A stretch of DNA of 63,885 nt, counting the filler, from Thelocarpon superellum (Eukaryota): NCBI GenBank assembly GCA_026025795.1. It is 3 parts of 3 records of this genome, joined end to end, with 100 filler letters (N's around TTAATTAATTAA, not from the genome) between each part and the next. Parts side by side here need not be neighbours in the genome. Positions count along the whole stretch, not along the records: positions 22,318 to 44,246 come from JAPEUG010000302.1; positions 44,347 to 63,885 come from JAPEUG010000343.1; 1 more part is not named here. One strand, 5' to 3'. The translations under genes were made by a program, and so were the position numbers. This document shows positions 33,345 through 45,451 of the stretch, one piece after another (within the stretch, counting starts at the first letter, position 1; each line of letters starts with the position of its first letter). Below the pieces are notes generated by a model. That model saw nothing but the letters and a program-made list of their open reading frames with translations. It was not told the origin of the DNA and did not search any database.

Positions 33345-36300
33345 TCAAATCGCCAAAAAGAAATTCTTCTCGTCACCATGCGGCAGGACCAAGGCCCGCT
33401 TGACGATCGGATCGACGCAGCTGACCCGAATCCGCTCCGGCGTCGCTGGACTCCACAGACTCAGAACTTCGTCGCAGCCATACTGAGCCCTCGCGCTCTT
33501 CAAGGCATCGCGAATAGCAAAGAAGACGGCACTGCCCATGAACAGCGGTGGCTCGCCGACCCCGCGACTGCGCTGGATCGTCTGCAGGTTCTCCCACTGC
33601 ACGTCCTTGAGCATGCTGACGTTCATCTCCTGCGGAATGTCGCGGAAGCCCGGGATTTTGTATGTTCCGGGACCCCGTGTAAACAGCTGCCCGCTGGCTC
33701 GGTGCCACAGGGATTCTTCCATGGTAAACAGGCCCATGCCTTGCACAAAGGCCCCTTCGATTTGTCCGTAATCGATCGATGGGTTGATGGATCGTCCGAT
33801 GTCCTGAGTGAATTAGTGGGGGTACGTTGGGTACTCAGATAGCGGAAGACGAACCATCTTGATGTCCGCCCGGAGACAGGTCCAATCGCCCGTCAGCGTG
33901 TCAATCTCGACTTCTGCCGCCGTACAGCCTTGTGTAAAATAAAAGAACCTGCGTCATCAGCCTGGTCCACCTCATCGATCCACCTCATCAATCCACCCTC
34001 ACGCATCCCACTCACATCTGTCCCGTGTTTGGCCCCCACACATATCCAATATCCGGCGTCTTGTAGAATCCGTTGGCCGACAGGTTGACCCGGTCAAAAT
34101 AGGCGGCGTGCGCCAGATCCTTCATCGTCGCGCTCGCGCCTAGCTTCTCGCGGTAGGGCGCCAGTCGATCGTTCAACTGCGCGCACGCGTTAAAGATGGC
34201 ATATCCGTTCAAGTCGCTCGACGCCGACGCCGCCGTGGCCGACGCGTTCGCCACCGTGTTGGTTGCCGTTTCCGAGATGAAGACGTCCTCGAGCGGCACG
34301 CCCAACGCCTCGGCCGCCACCATCGTCATCTTCGTGTGGAGCCCCTGACCCATCTCGGTCCCGCCGTGCGCCACCAAGATCGAGCCATCATGATAGATGT
34401 GCACCAGCGCCCCAGCCTGGTTGAGGAAGATGGCTGTGAAGCTGATGCCGAATTTCGTGGGGATGATGGAGAGACCTCGTTTCTTCCACTTGTGCCTCTG
34501 ATTGAATTCGTCCACCTCCGTCCGTCGTCGCGCGTATTCCGACTCCTGCAGCACTTGCTGGTACATGATCGGCACGTGCCAATCCTTCAGCTCCTGGTTG
34601 AAGTGTGTCATGGCGTGGGGTTTGTAGAGGTTGATCTCCCGCAGTTTTGCCACCGGCATCTTGAGACGGTCCGCCACCTCCTCCATGTACGACTCGGCGA
34701 TGAACATGCCCTGCGGTCCACCGAAGCCTCGAAACGCGGTATTCGACACCGTGTTGGTCTTGGCCAGCCGACCGCGCACGTGGATGTTCGGGATGAGATA
34801 GCAGCCGTCGACGTGCGACAGGGCCCGATCACACACCGATCCGCTCAGATCCTGCGTCCACCCGGCGTTGCAAAAGACGTCCGCGTCCAGCGCCATCAGC
34901 TTTCCATCCGAGTTGACACCAACCTTCCACCGGCCGAGGAAGGGATGTCGTTGTCCAGAGGTCATCATGTCCTCGTCGCGATTGAGCATGCATCGCACCG
35001 GCCGTTTCGTCTTCCTGGCGGCCGTGGCACAGATACCTGCCAACTGCACGGAGCGTGTCTCCTTGCCCCCAAAGCCGCCGCCCAGCCGTTTCACCTTGGC
35101 CACGATCTTATTTGCCGGGACATTGCACACTTTGGCGATGAAGGTCTGCGTCTCCGCCGGATTCTGCGTGCTGCTAAAGACCTCCATCTCGCCGTCTTCG
35201 GGCTTGGGAACCACCAGGCACGCCTGGGTCTCGAGATAGAAATGCTCTTGGCCACCCATGCGGGCCACGCCCGAAAAGACGTGGTCGGCTTTCTCGAAGG
35301 CCTCATCCACGTCACCCTTCTTGATAAATCGAAAATGGTCAAAGTAGCTCTCGTGTTCAATGGCCTCCTCAATCGTGAGAATGGCCGGCAGATCTTCGTA
35401 GTCAACCTTGACGGCGCGGGCCCCCACAGACGCGTGATGGGCCGAGTCGGCCAGAATCATGCCAATCGGCTGTCCAGCCGTGAAGACCTCGTTGACGGCG
35501 AAGAAGACTTCGTCGCCAATCGGGGCTCCCCACCAATTTGCCTCCGGACTCGGAAGGTCAGTGTGGTCGACCCAGTCGACCACCCCCGGCAGTTCCATGG
35601 CGGGCGAGTAGTCGACGCTGGCAAGCTTTGCTCGAGCCTTGGTAGAGAGCACCATGCATCCATAGAGCTCGTTCCTCCGGACCGGAATGTCGTCGGTGTA
35701 TTCGGCCTCGCCGGTACACTGCTTCAACGCGGCCACGTGCGGATTGGCTTTGCCCAGGATGCGCTTCTCGTAGGCCTGCGTCGCGGTGTGGTCCTTCTTT
35801 CCGGAGGAGATTGCTCGTTCCACCTCCCGCACAGCCTCCTCGTCGGCCGTCGCGGCGCTCTGGAGTTCCGAGAGCACATCGTGGTAGAATCGGTAGAAGA
35901 AGCCCATGGCCAAGGACTTGCGATACGTGGCCATGCCTCCCGGCACGCCGAATCGAAGATTGAAGTCTTGCTCCAACGCCTGCATGACCCCTTCCAAGGT
36001 GGCGGGATCGGTCCAGTTCTTGCCGATCAGGTACTCGGTAGCCTGCTTGGCCGCCACCGTGGTCGGCGCCATCCCGCCATAGACGAGGTCGACCTCTTCC
36101 ACTATGTGTGCATCGGTCAAGGCAACCCGCATCGCGGCATTCACAATGGCGATATCGTCATCCTTGCGTTTGGCCTGCTTATATGCGCGGAGATATTCGC
36201 CGTGGTCCCGTGCGGTCGGGATGCGCAGACGTGCGATGATGGCGTCCGGCGCGAGTGCCGTCGTCCGATAGCCCTTGAAGAAGTCTGACATCGGTATCTC

Positions 36301-37661
36301 CGTCTCGCCGCTCGCGGACTGGGCGACAAGGGTGGTTTTGGATGCCACGAAGACGGGATTCAGATCCGAGATGGGTGATGCTGTCGCCAGATTCCCCGCG
36401 GGCGTACCCACGTTACGGATCTGCCGCCCGGCAAAGTATCGAAGCTGCTTGAGTATCGCGGCATAGGGCTGTGCGCGGACGGCTCCGTAATGCTCGATAG
36501 CCTGTTCTGCAATGTGCTCAAGATCGGTCAAGATGACGTTGGCCCCGATGTCGAGATGCTCATCTGGAAAGGAGTAGCCTCGGAGCTCGGGGATGTCGCC
36601 GACAAAGACCGAGACGCTGTACTGCATCGCCTTGAACTTGATCTCGATCTGGGTCTCGGTGCTGCCGCCGATGACCTTGGCCGAGGGATAGGCATGCTTG
36701 ATGTCGAGCAGCTGTTCCAACGTCACCGGCCGGAACCATCGCTTCCTCTTATTGCCCAAGGCGAGCGGCTGAAATTCGTGCTTGGTCAGGGGCGGGGGGA
36801 AGATGAGCTCGGTCTCAGGGTGGTAGGGGATGAAGGACGGCGAGGGAATTTTTTCGATGGGGTCGTCGCCATTGATGTCCTGGGCGCCGTTGGCCGCACT
36901 GGTCTCGGCCTTGCCGCACCCCCCCCTTTCGGCGGGGTTGCCATTCTCCATACAGCATCCACTGCCTCCGTTGGATCGTGCCCGACCACAGCCGCTGGGC
37001 GTACTGAACGTCTGGGCGGCATCTAAGATGGGGCGATAGCCGGTACAGCGGCACAAGTTGCCGTCGAATGCTTCTTCGACATCAAGGGGCGACGGATTCG
37101 GGTTATTTCGAATCAGGGCATATAGACTCTGGGACGAAGGTTAGCGACGAGAATTCGGGGTCTTACCATCATCTCGACCCACCATGACAATTCCCGGCGT
37201 ACAAAACCCACACTGACTTCCATTACTCTTGGCGATGCGTTCTTGCACAGGGTGGGGCTTCTTGACATTGCCGATGCCTTCAACGGTGATGACATGCTTG
37301 CCATCGACACTGATCAACGGGGCCAGGCATGCATTGACCGAGGCATGGTAAATCTTTTTGGTGGTGGGATTGTATTGTGACACGACCTGGGAGCTTTAGT
37401 CTCACGTTTCGAAGGAGAGCAAGGGCATTGACATACCACCGTGCACGCGCCACAGCCACCCTCCGCACATCCAAGCTTGGTGCCGGTCAAGCCGACGCCC
37501 CGAAGATACTCTAACAAGGTGATCTCGGGGTCAATCGTGTCGAGCACGACTCTAGTGCCATTGAGGTAGAAGACAAGGGTGTCGTGATAGTCGCGTGTGG
37601 CGTGTGACAGGGCGTCGACGGCGTCGCGACCGACCGACGGATCGACCCGTCCAGGAGCCAT
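33345..37661 (-). CDS. hxA: Xanthine dehydrogenase (molybdo-flavoenzyme)
   Basis: 2Fe-2S motifs [27 protein letters not shown] and [14 protein letters not shown] domain FAGRQIRNV; Moco domain [21 protein letters not shown] and GVGEPP. Four short introns. Confidence 0.97.
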
Positions 37662-38435
37662 GGGTGCCGGTAGACCAGGGAGATGGACACGTTTCGAAGA
37701 CTACGGTGGAGGGGAGAGCGTCATGGACGGAGAGAAACATGGAAGATTGACCGTACCATCATGTCCAAACGGCTCATCCATCGAAATCCCAAGGTGGTAC
37801 GATGTGGAAATGGTAGAGCGCCCCGCTCCGCAGCTTATCTTCCAGTGCAGCTTTGGCTCCCGAAAGTTGATTGATCGACTGATAACAGCCGCTTAAAGTC
37901 CGTCGTAGGGACTACAGAAGGGGCCGGTGCTTCGGATGGCTTACGCGAGTCTTCATGCTCGCGGGCCATGCGGACGCAGTGTGCCATGCTACGGCACACT
38001 GCTCGCATGGTTCGTGTCTCCCATCTCCCATCCGCACAGACCGGCCTATCGCACCGTGTAGCATGACGCTTTCTAGCAGTTCTTCCACTGGTCTAAAGGA
38101 TAGCATTTCACAAGACGCCTCGCGCAACAGGACCAAACCACGTAGCTGCCGCTGTGATGCATGAACCACAGCAGCATCTCAGTCTATCAACACCGGTGTG
38201 GCATAGAATCACCTCCGCCTGCAGCAGCGACAAAGCCAAGATCTAGCGATTGACCGCCTGACCGAAACGAGGCGAGTGGATTCAGTGGAAGTCTTATGGC
38301 TTCTTGGCACTAGGCTCGAACATGTTAGATGTAGCAAGTGCTGCCTAGATTCCAGCTCGACCCGGAACCGCTGCTACTCCACCTAGAGCTCGAAGAACCC
38401 TTCCGGGCCTTCCGGGACATCATCCGACCACGAAA

Positions 38436-39587
38436 ATGGCCACGCCCAATGCACCCGATCAAGCAAGTCGTATTCAAGGCTCACTCGTGGGCCTCGCGGC
38501 GGTCGATGCCTTGGGAGGACCGGTGGAGTTCAAGAAGCGAGGCACCTTTCCGCTCGTCACCTCGATGATTCCGAATTTACATGCTGGGGTGCCTCCGGGG
38601 TTAGTCTCCCCACGATAGGGGTATGCGGGCTGGCATGCTCGAATGCACAGCACTGGGTTGCTCATGCAAGAGGAGCTGACATGGACAGGACCTGGACGGA
38701 TGATACGTCCATGGCCCTCTGTCTGGCCCAGTCGCTGATTGACTACCGCGGCGTCTTCCGGGCAGATGATCAAGTGTTCAAGTATATGGCCTGGTACGAG
38801 GAAGGCTATCTGTCGGCCGTGGACGACTGCTTCGACATTGGCATCAGCACTCGCACCGCCCTGGAAACCTGGCGCCGCATTGTCCAGAGTTTCCCCTCCA
38901 TTGCCCCCGCCAGCCCCGACCTTCCCTTGCCGGGCCAGAACATCATCGACGGGGGGTTAAAACACGAGGTACCGCTCCGTGTCCGCGCCTGCCATGATTC
39001 TGCGCTGATGGCGTGCCACGAAGAGAGCAAGTGGGAATGGATCGTTGATGCGTGTGGCCCCAATCGGACTGGTCTACCACCATGACGTCGACGCCGCCAC
39101 CCAGTATGCCACGCTCTCATCCAACGTGACACATCCCTATCCAACCAACGCCGAAGCCTGCGTCATCTATACCCGTCTTCTCATTTTGGCCGTGCGTGGT
39201 AAAGACCGATCCGAACTCATGGCGGGGCTTGCAGGGTTTCCTTTCCAAGATCATAGTCTCGCGGAGCGCTTCCGGCGATACCAACGCGTCACGGATTTTG
39301 AGCGGCCTCATGAGGAGATCAGTTCTTCGGGGTATGTGGTGGATACCCTGGAAGCTGCACTCTGGGCTTTTTTCAGCACCAGTTCCTTTCGAGAGGGCGC
39401 CATCAAAGTGGTCAACCTAGGCGACGACGCCGACACGGTAGGCGCCGTCTATGGTGGTCTGGCCGGTGCCTTTTATGGCCTGGATGCAATCCCCCGAGAG
39501 TGGCACGAGGCGCTCCAGAAGAAGGAGACGGTCGATCGAATCGCCGCGCAATTACTGGAGGTTGCGGGTGGGACCGCGAAGAGTTAA
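38436..39587 (+). CDS. ADP-ribosylglycohydrolase (ARH/DraG family)
   Basis: GLAAVDALGGPVEF, WTDDTSMALCL, CFDIG, GNGSLMRVAPIG and NLGDDADTVGAVYGGLAGA. Introns ~38600-38688 and ~38969-39023. Confidence 0.93.
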
Positions 39588-39608
39588 CCGCACCTGTTAT
39601 GGCGGGTA

Positions 39609-41340
39609 TCACGTCTCTAGGTCGTCATCGATCGCTTCACCCAAGTCTCGATCCTCCAAAAAGTGACGGCCCTTGAGCGCCGTCGGCAGATACTACGGCA
39701 TGCGTCAGCCTTGGGCCCGCCCGCGGCGACCCCTCGCGATCTCACCTCTTGCACAACCTGGCCATCCTTGTAGTTGGGGTTGTACTTGTACTCTTTGCCA
39801 TAGCCCAGCTCCTTCATCAGCTTCGTCGGGGCGTTACGGAGATGGACGGGGATAGGCAAGGCCGCGACGCCCGGCTCGCCCAAGGCGGCGTAGGCATTCT
39901 CCAGCCCCCGATAAGCGCGCGTGCTCTTCTTCGACAGGGCCATGGCCACGGTGGCGTGTGCTAGATTGATGCGGGCTTCGGGCATGCCAATCTTCTCCGC
40001 TGCGGTATAAGCCGCGGTGGCCAGGGAGAGCATGGAGTTGTCGGCGAGGCCAATGTCTTCGGACGCCAACACGACGATGCGCCGCGCAATGAACAGGGCA
40101 TCCTCGCCGGACTGGAGCATGCGCGCCAGGTAATACAAGGCCGCGTCGGCATCACCGCCGCGGATGGATTTGTGAAAGGCGGAGATGGTGTCGTAGTGCT
40201 GATCACCGGCCCGGTCGTAGACGAGCGTCTTGGTCAGGGACTTCTTCATCTCGTCCTTGCTCATGCCGGGCCGGGGTGCGAGCGTCATGGCCAAGTCCAA
40301 GAGGTTCAAGGCCGTGCGCGCATCGCCGTCGGCAAAAGCGGCCAGGTAGGTCACGAACTCCTCGTCGATGAGGGAGGACGGCAGGTCTGGGGGCCGCTCA
40401 AGCTGGAGGGCCCGCTCAAGGATCACGATCAGGTCCCGTTCGGTCAGGGGCTGCAGGGTGAAGGTGCGACATCGCGATAGGAGGGCGTGCTGCACCTTGA
40501 ACGACGGGTTCTCCGTCGTGGCGCCGATGAGCGTCACCTGTCCGCTCTCTACAGGTCCCAGGAAGACATCCTGTTGGCTTTTGCTGAAGCGATGGATTTC
40601 GTCCTACTGCAGGTCTTAGCCAAGCTTTGCCCGTACGAGTCGCGTGTGTGGAATGAAGCCCTCACACAGAAGATGATGGTCTTCCGACCGGTCAAGCCCA
40701 GCTCTGCCTTGGCTTCCGCGAAGATCTTCTTGCACTCGGCCACGCCGGAGCTCGTGCTGTTGATCTCCACGAAGCGACTCCCGACGCAGCTGGCAATGAC
40801 GCGCGCGATGGTCGTCTTGCCTGTGCCGGCGCCTCCCCACAAGATCATCGACGGCACCCGGTCCTGCTCGATCAAGCCCCGGAGCAGACCGTGCGGCCCG
40901 ACCAGCTCCTGACCACGGACCTCATCCAAGCTGCGTGGCCGCATTCGTTCCGCGAGCGGTGCCACTTTATGCATGGTGTGGGCTGTCTTGGATCGTTTGC
41001 TGCTCTGACTCTCGTCTTGATCGGCGCCGCGGCTCTGCGCCGGGCGTTTCTCTCCCACCTCGAACAGCGCTGCGGGGGCGCCATGACCCGGCGTTACTGG
41101 ACTCACGCCCGCAATCGGTCCGTCAGGCTGCGTCCGAGCGTCATCGTCGGCACGCTTCGTCGCCGGCACGTGGAAGAAGGAGGAGACGGAGCCAGTCTTT
41201 GGGGCAGTGCCGTTCGGTTGGCTCGACTGGCTGGATCGGGGCGATGGTGGCGGTTCGAGATACTGTTCACACTGAGCGTCGATATGACGATTGATGTTGA
41301 TCTCCTTGACCGACTTTGCGCAGATCGGACACTGGACCAT
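39609..41340 (-). CDS. MGS1: DNA-dependent AAA+ ATPase Mgs1 (WRNIP1/RarA family)
   Basis: UBZ finger VQCPIC..INRHIDAQC; PLAERMRP; Walker A GGAGTGKTT; IIFC|DEIHRF; GATTENPSF; HYDTISAFHKSIRG; ASEDIGLAD; HLRNAPT. Stop TGA 39609-39611. Confidence 0.95.
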
Positions 41341-42382
41341 TTCTCCTGACGATTCGTTGACCGCGTCCACTGCTCCCTGTTCGCCGCCTACGGGCTGCTA
41401 AGTAGGAGAGGCGGCCTTCAAACGAGCCAACTCTAGAACTCGAATCATTTTCGGGTCGGTGGCACGGTTGGACAAACTTGGTCCATGGTCCGTCAGTAGG
41501 CCGGTGGCGGCCCCTAGTGCTCGTAGCGCCCCTACGGATAGGTAACGTACTTCAACGGAGCGAGGTAGCTCTCAGAAACCCGGCGAAGAGTCCGGGCCGC
41601 TGTTGGGTGTTGACCGCGGACTGCCAGCATTAGTAATCAAAATTGCGGCATACGATGAAGATCGGGTCCAGGGTTCCCTCTTGAATTCAGCAAATTGGAC
41701 CAATCACAGTGGAGGGTGAAGATGGTGAATTCAGCTTTTTGCAAGACGATCATTTCATAGCGTAGGGTTCCGTCTCAGTAAGCACAGCTAACTAGTAAAT
41801 AATTAGGTAAAGGTGCACGTGATCCCCCAGATCCTCCACAACGAGCAACTCCCGCACAGACGGTGCACAGATTGGACACTGTAAGAACCATCTCCCAGCC
41901 GTAGAATTGAATGACCGCCACATGGCTGCTCATGGAAGCAACGAAGTACTGGTCGGTATATACCTGTAAGGTACCGTTGGGATTTCCCCGGCGCCACTAA
42001 ACTATCGCGCACGATTTGCAGGATGTGAGAGCAATGCTATTTTCTGCGTGGACATTTGGAGAAACGCCTCCTGAGAGGTAGCAAAGATTACTGGTGGTTC
42101 ACCTCTGCTGTTCAATCAACTGCAAAATACCATCAGCTTATGTCTGTCCCCATATGCCATCATCCTTGAGCACGTGCCGGTAACGTAATTACTATTTAGA
42201 CGTACTCAGAGCGTCTGAAATTGGTCGGATCCATTCGCCGGAACAAAGTTCTCCCGTTTCCGCCTCGGACCGGCCCGAGAAGCTCCGTATCACGCACACG
42301 AGATGACTCGAAGGCGTCATCCAATGCTCCGTCTCACGGGCTGACGAACGCACGACATCCGACGAGCACAATCCATGCCTCC

Positions 42383-44228
42383 ATGTACTTGGCGAAGCGT
42401 ATGACCTGTAATGCAGTCGTGCCTCGCCCTTTACCCCGTATCATTGGTGCTCGACAATGTGTCTGCGGTCTTCGTAGAATGGCATCGCAGTCTATCCCCC
42501 GTGATCCCTTGCAGCCAGCGGAGAGGGTGTCGGGCCAGAAACAAGATGTTTGGTGCGTCACGACGAGCGTCTCTAAAGTCTGGCACTGATGCATTTTCAG
42601 GTCCATCGTGAATGCGGCGGCGGCGGCATCGCCCGTCCAGCCCATCGTCAATATGGGCCAAGGCTTTTTGTACGTGATACGTCTGTCTGCGATACACGGC
42701 TGACTCTGTCCCTAGTGGCTACAACCCACCGCCATTTGTCATTGATGCGGCGAAAAGAGCCCTGGATCAAGTGGAATGCAACCAGTACTCACCCACTAGA
42801 GTACTTCCACCCACATCTCGCAAATGGCGTCAGTGCTCAGATGCTTCGTCTAGGGTCGACCTCGATTGAAAAAGGCACTTGCGGCCGCCTATTCCCCGTT
42901 TTTCAACCGTCAACTGGACCCAGACACGGAAATCACCATCTCGACCGGCGCCAATGAGGGTATGCTATGTGCCTTCATGGCTTTTGTCGAGCCCGGGGAT
43001 GAAGTCATTCTGTTTGAGCCGTTCTTCGACCAGTACGTGTAGGTCGTGGGCGGACGGGACTCCCAGCTGAACGATGTCAGGTACTCTCCAAACATCGAGA
43101 TGGCTGGCGGAGCAATCAAGTACGTTCCCTTTCATCCACCGGCCAGGGGTGATTGGGAAGTCGCCTCGGCTGGAGAATGGACGGTGGACATAGAAGAGCT
43201 GAGAAAGGCAATCACGCCTAAGACGCGCATGATGGTGCGTGGATCCCTCCATACGGTTCAAGAGACCAGCTGATAACCAAGACAGGTTCTCAATTCTCCG
43301 TATGTGACCGCCAGCCCAACTTGGTCGGCCGCTGACCGCAACCACGCAGACATAACCCTGTCGGCAAAGTCTTCACGCGCGAGGAGCTGCTCGAGATTGG
43401 GAATCTGTGCGTCGAGCACTCGATCCTGATCTTATCCGACGAGGTCTACGATGCTCTGTACTACAAGCCGTTCACGCGCATCGCCACCCTCTCGCCTGCC
43501 ATCGACCGACTGACGCTCAGTGTCGGGTCGGCGGGGAAGAGCTTCTACGCGACCGGCTGGCGCGTCGGATGGCTGATCGGGCGCGAACATCTGATCAAGT
43601 ACGTCGCAGCGGCACATACGCGCATCTGCTACAACAGCCCGAGTCCGCTGCAAGAGGCCGCGGCCGTCGGGTTCGAAGAGGCCAAGGACCGCGGATTCTG
43701 GGAACAGAGCAAGCGCGATATGAGCGAGCGGATGGAACGCTTCAATGCCATCTGGGGCGAACTTGGACTGCCGGTGCGCCCATCCCTCCCCCCACCCACC
43801 CACCTCCCTCTCAGCCCCTTGCTACCGATAGATCCCGTCAAGCACGCAGCTGATGTATACGTGTCTGGACACAGTACTCCGTACCAGAAGGCGGCTATTT
43901 CGTGATGGTGAACATGAAAAAAGTGCAAATGCCACACGACTACGACTTTCCCTCGCACGTGGCCGAGCGACCGCGCGACTTCCATCTCTCGTGGTTCCTG
44001 ACCAAGGAGATTGGCGTCGCTGCTATTCCTCCAACGGGTGAGTCCATCCGTGAATATTGGGCTGGAGGAGGATGAAGCTGATTCGAGCGTTGTCGAATAG
44101 AATTCTACACACCGGCCCACGCCCACATGGCGGAAAATTACCTCCGATTCGCATTCTGTAAGCCCAACGACGTCCTGGATCTGGCAAAGGAGCGCTTGAG
44201 GGGGCTGAAGAAGTATATCGGTCCTTGA
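42383..44228 (+). CDS. BNA3: Kynurenine aminotransferase / class I PLP aminotransferase, many exons
   Basis: NMGQGFF, NQYSPTRGRPRL, TGANEG, VLNSP|HNPVGKV (14-nt micro-exon 43286-43299), SDEVY and PLP-lysine SAGKSFYATGWRVGW; YLRFAFCK. Start is ATG 42383 or 42479. Confidence 0.93.
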
Positions 44229-44246
44229 TGCCCCCCCACCCCCCCC

Positions 44247-44346
44247 NNNNNNNNNNNNNNNNNNNNNNNNNNNNNNNNNNNNNNNNNNNNTTAATTAATT
44301 AANNNNNNNNNNNNNNNNNNNNNNNNNNNNNNNNNNNNNNNNNNNN
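44247..44346. other. Artificial contig-join linker (44 N + TTAATTAATTAA + 44 N)
   Basis: Same structure as 22218-22317. Confidence 0.97.
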
Positions 44347-44662
44347 TGAAGACTCGTCTGGTGGACGAAGATGACTCATGAACAAAAGTCTTGACAGTAA
44401 CATAGCCATAACTGCAATCGACAGTGGGGCTCTGACTAGCTGCTGTCCTTCGGCTGCCGGACGAGTACTGCGGGCTTCTCTCCTTTTGCTTGAGCCAAGG
44501 TCGGGATCTTAGCCGCGTTTCCTAAACTTCATCCACGACCCGACGGCGGCTATGGCCGCTACCTCCCCCCAATCGAACCAAATCAGTGCACGATGAGGGG
44601 TCCTTAAGCCTGGGTCCACCCTCGGGCCTACGGCAGGAAGTGTCCCGTAGTTTACATCCAGA

Positions 44663-45439
44663 ATGACCACTCGAGACCCGATCACGGGCCAGCCCTTTCC
44701 GGCCGACGTCATCCAGCGAGTGCTGTTTGTCGCGCAAAAGGTCCATGTCTACAACATCCCCCCCTTGACCTCCACCAAGGGCTACATGGCCGCGGCCTGG
44801 ACCGCCGACAACAACAAGCGCCACATCTTTGATGCCCGCGTTCGTGTCGTGGAGACGGCCATCCCCACGGCTGACGGGAAGGAGACGGTCACGACAAATA
44901 TCCTGCTGGAAGACTCGGGCACGGGCGAGCTGTTTGCTGCCGCGCCCTACACGAGCGCGGCGGTGGTGGAGCAGGTGCTCGACAGCTCGCGCTTCTTCGC
45001 CGTCCGGGTACAGGGAGAAGGCGGCCGCAAGGCCATGCTAGGCATGGGCTTTGAGGAGAGGAGCGAAGCTTTTGATTTTGGAATCAGCCTGCAGGAGGTG
45101 CGCAAGGTGCAGGGGTTACAGACAGGAGCTGCCGGTGCCGTGGCCGGCAAAAGAGCACCCTCCAAGCCCGCTCCGCCGCCCGACTCTCACGACTTCAGTC
45201 TCAAGCAGGGCGAGACCATTACGCTGAACATCGGGGGAAAAAGCTCGCGTTCCACCAACCAGACCAGCCAGCAGGTGCCATCGAGCACCATGTCAGATGC
45301 ACCGCTACCATTCCTGCCACCACCACCAAGTGCACAGGCGATCAAAGCACAACGACGATCCCAGCAGTTTGTCGCTCCCCCACCTGCGTCCGCTGCCGAT
45401 CTAGGATTTGACGATGGCGAATTCGGAGAGTTTCAGTGA
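44663..45439 (+). CDS. Adaptin ear-binding coat-associated protein (NECAP/PHear domain)
   Basis: VHVYNIPP..GYMAAAW, GELFAAAP, VEQVLDSSRFFAVRV, LGMGFEERSEAFDF, DFSLKQGETI, LPPPP and C-terminal FGEFQ. Confidence 0.92.
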   Translation: MTTRDPITGQPFPADVIQRVLFVAQKVHVYNIPPLTSTKGYMAAAWTADNNKRHIFDARVRVVETAIPTADGKETVTTNILLEDSGTGELFAAAPYTSAAVVEQVLDSSRFFAVRVQGEGGRKAMLGMGFEERSEAFDFGISLQEVRKVQGLQTGAAGAVAGKRAPSKPAPPPDSHDFSLKQGETITLNIGGKSSRSTNQTSQQVPSSTMSDAPLPFLPPPPSAQAIKAQRRSQQFVAPPPASAADLGFDDGEFGEFQ

Positions 45440-45451
45440 GGCGTTCGTCCT

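Noticed and set aside
41545..41765. CGTACTTCA and GATCATTTCATAG, resembling U3 snoRNA boxes A' and A
   Set aside because: No GT donor follows the first motif on that strand, and no boxes B, C or D occur in the expected order.
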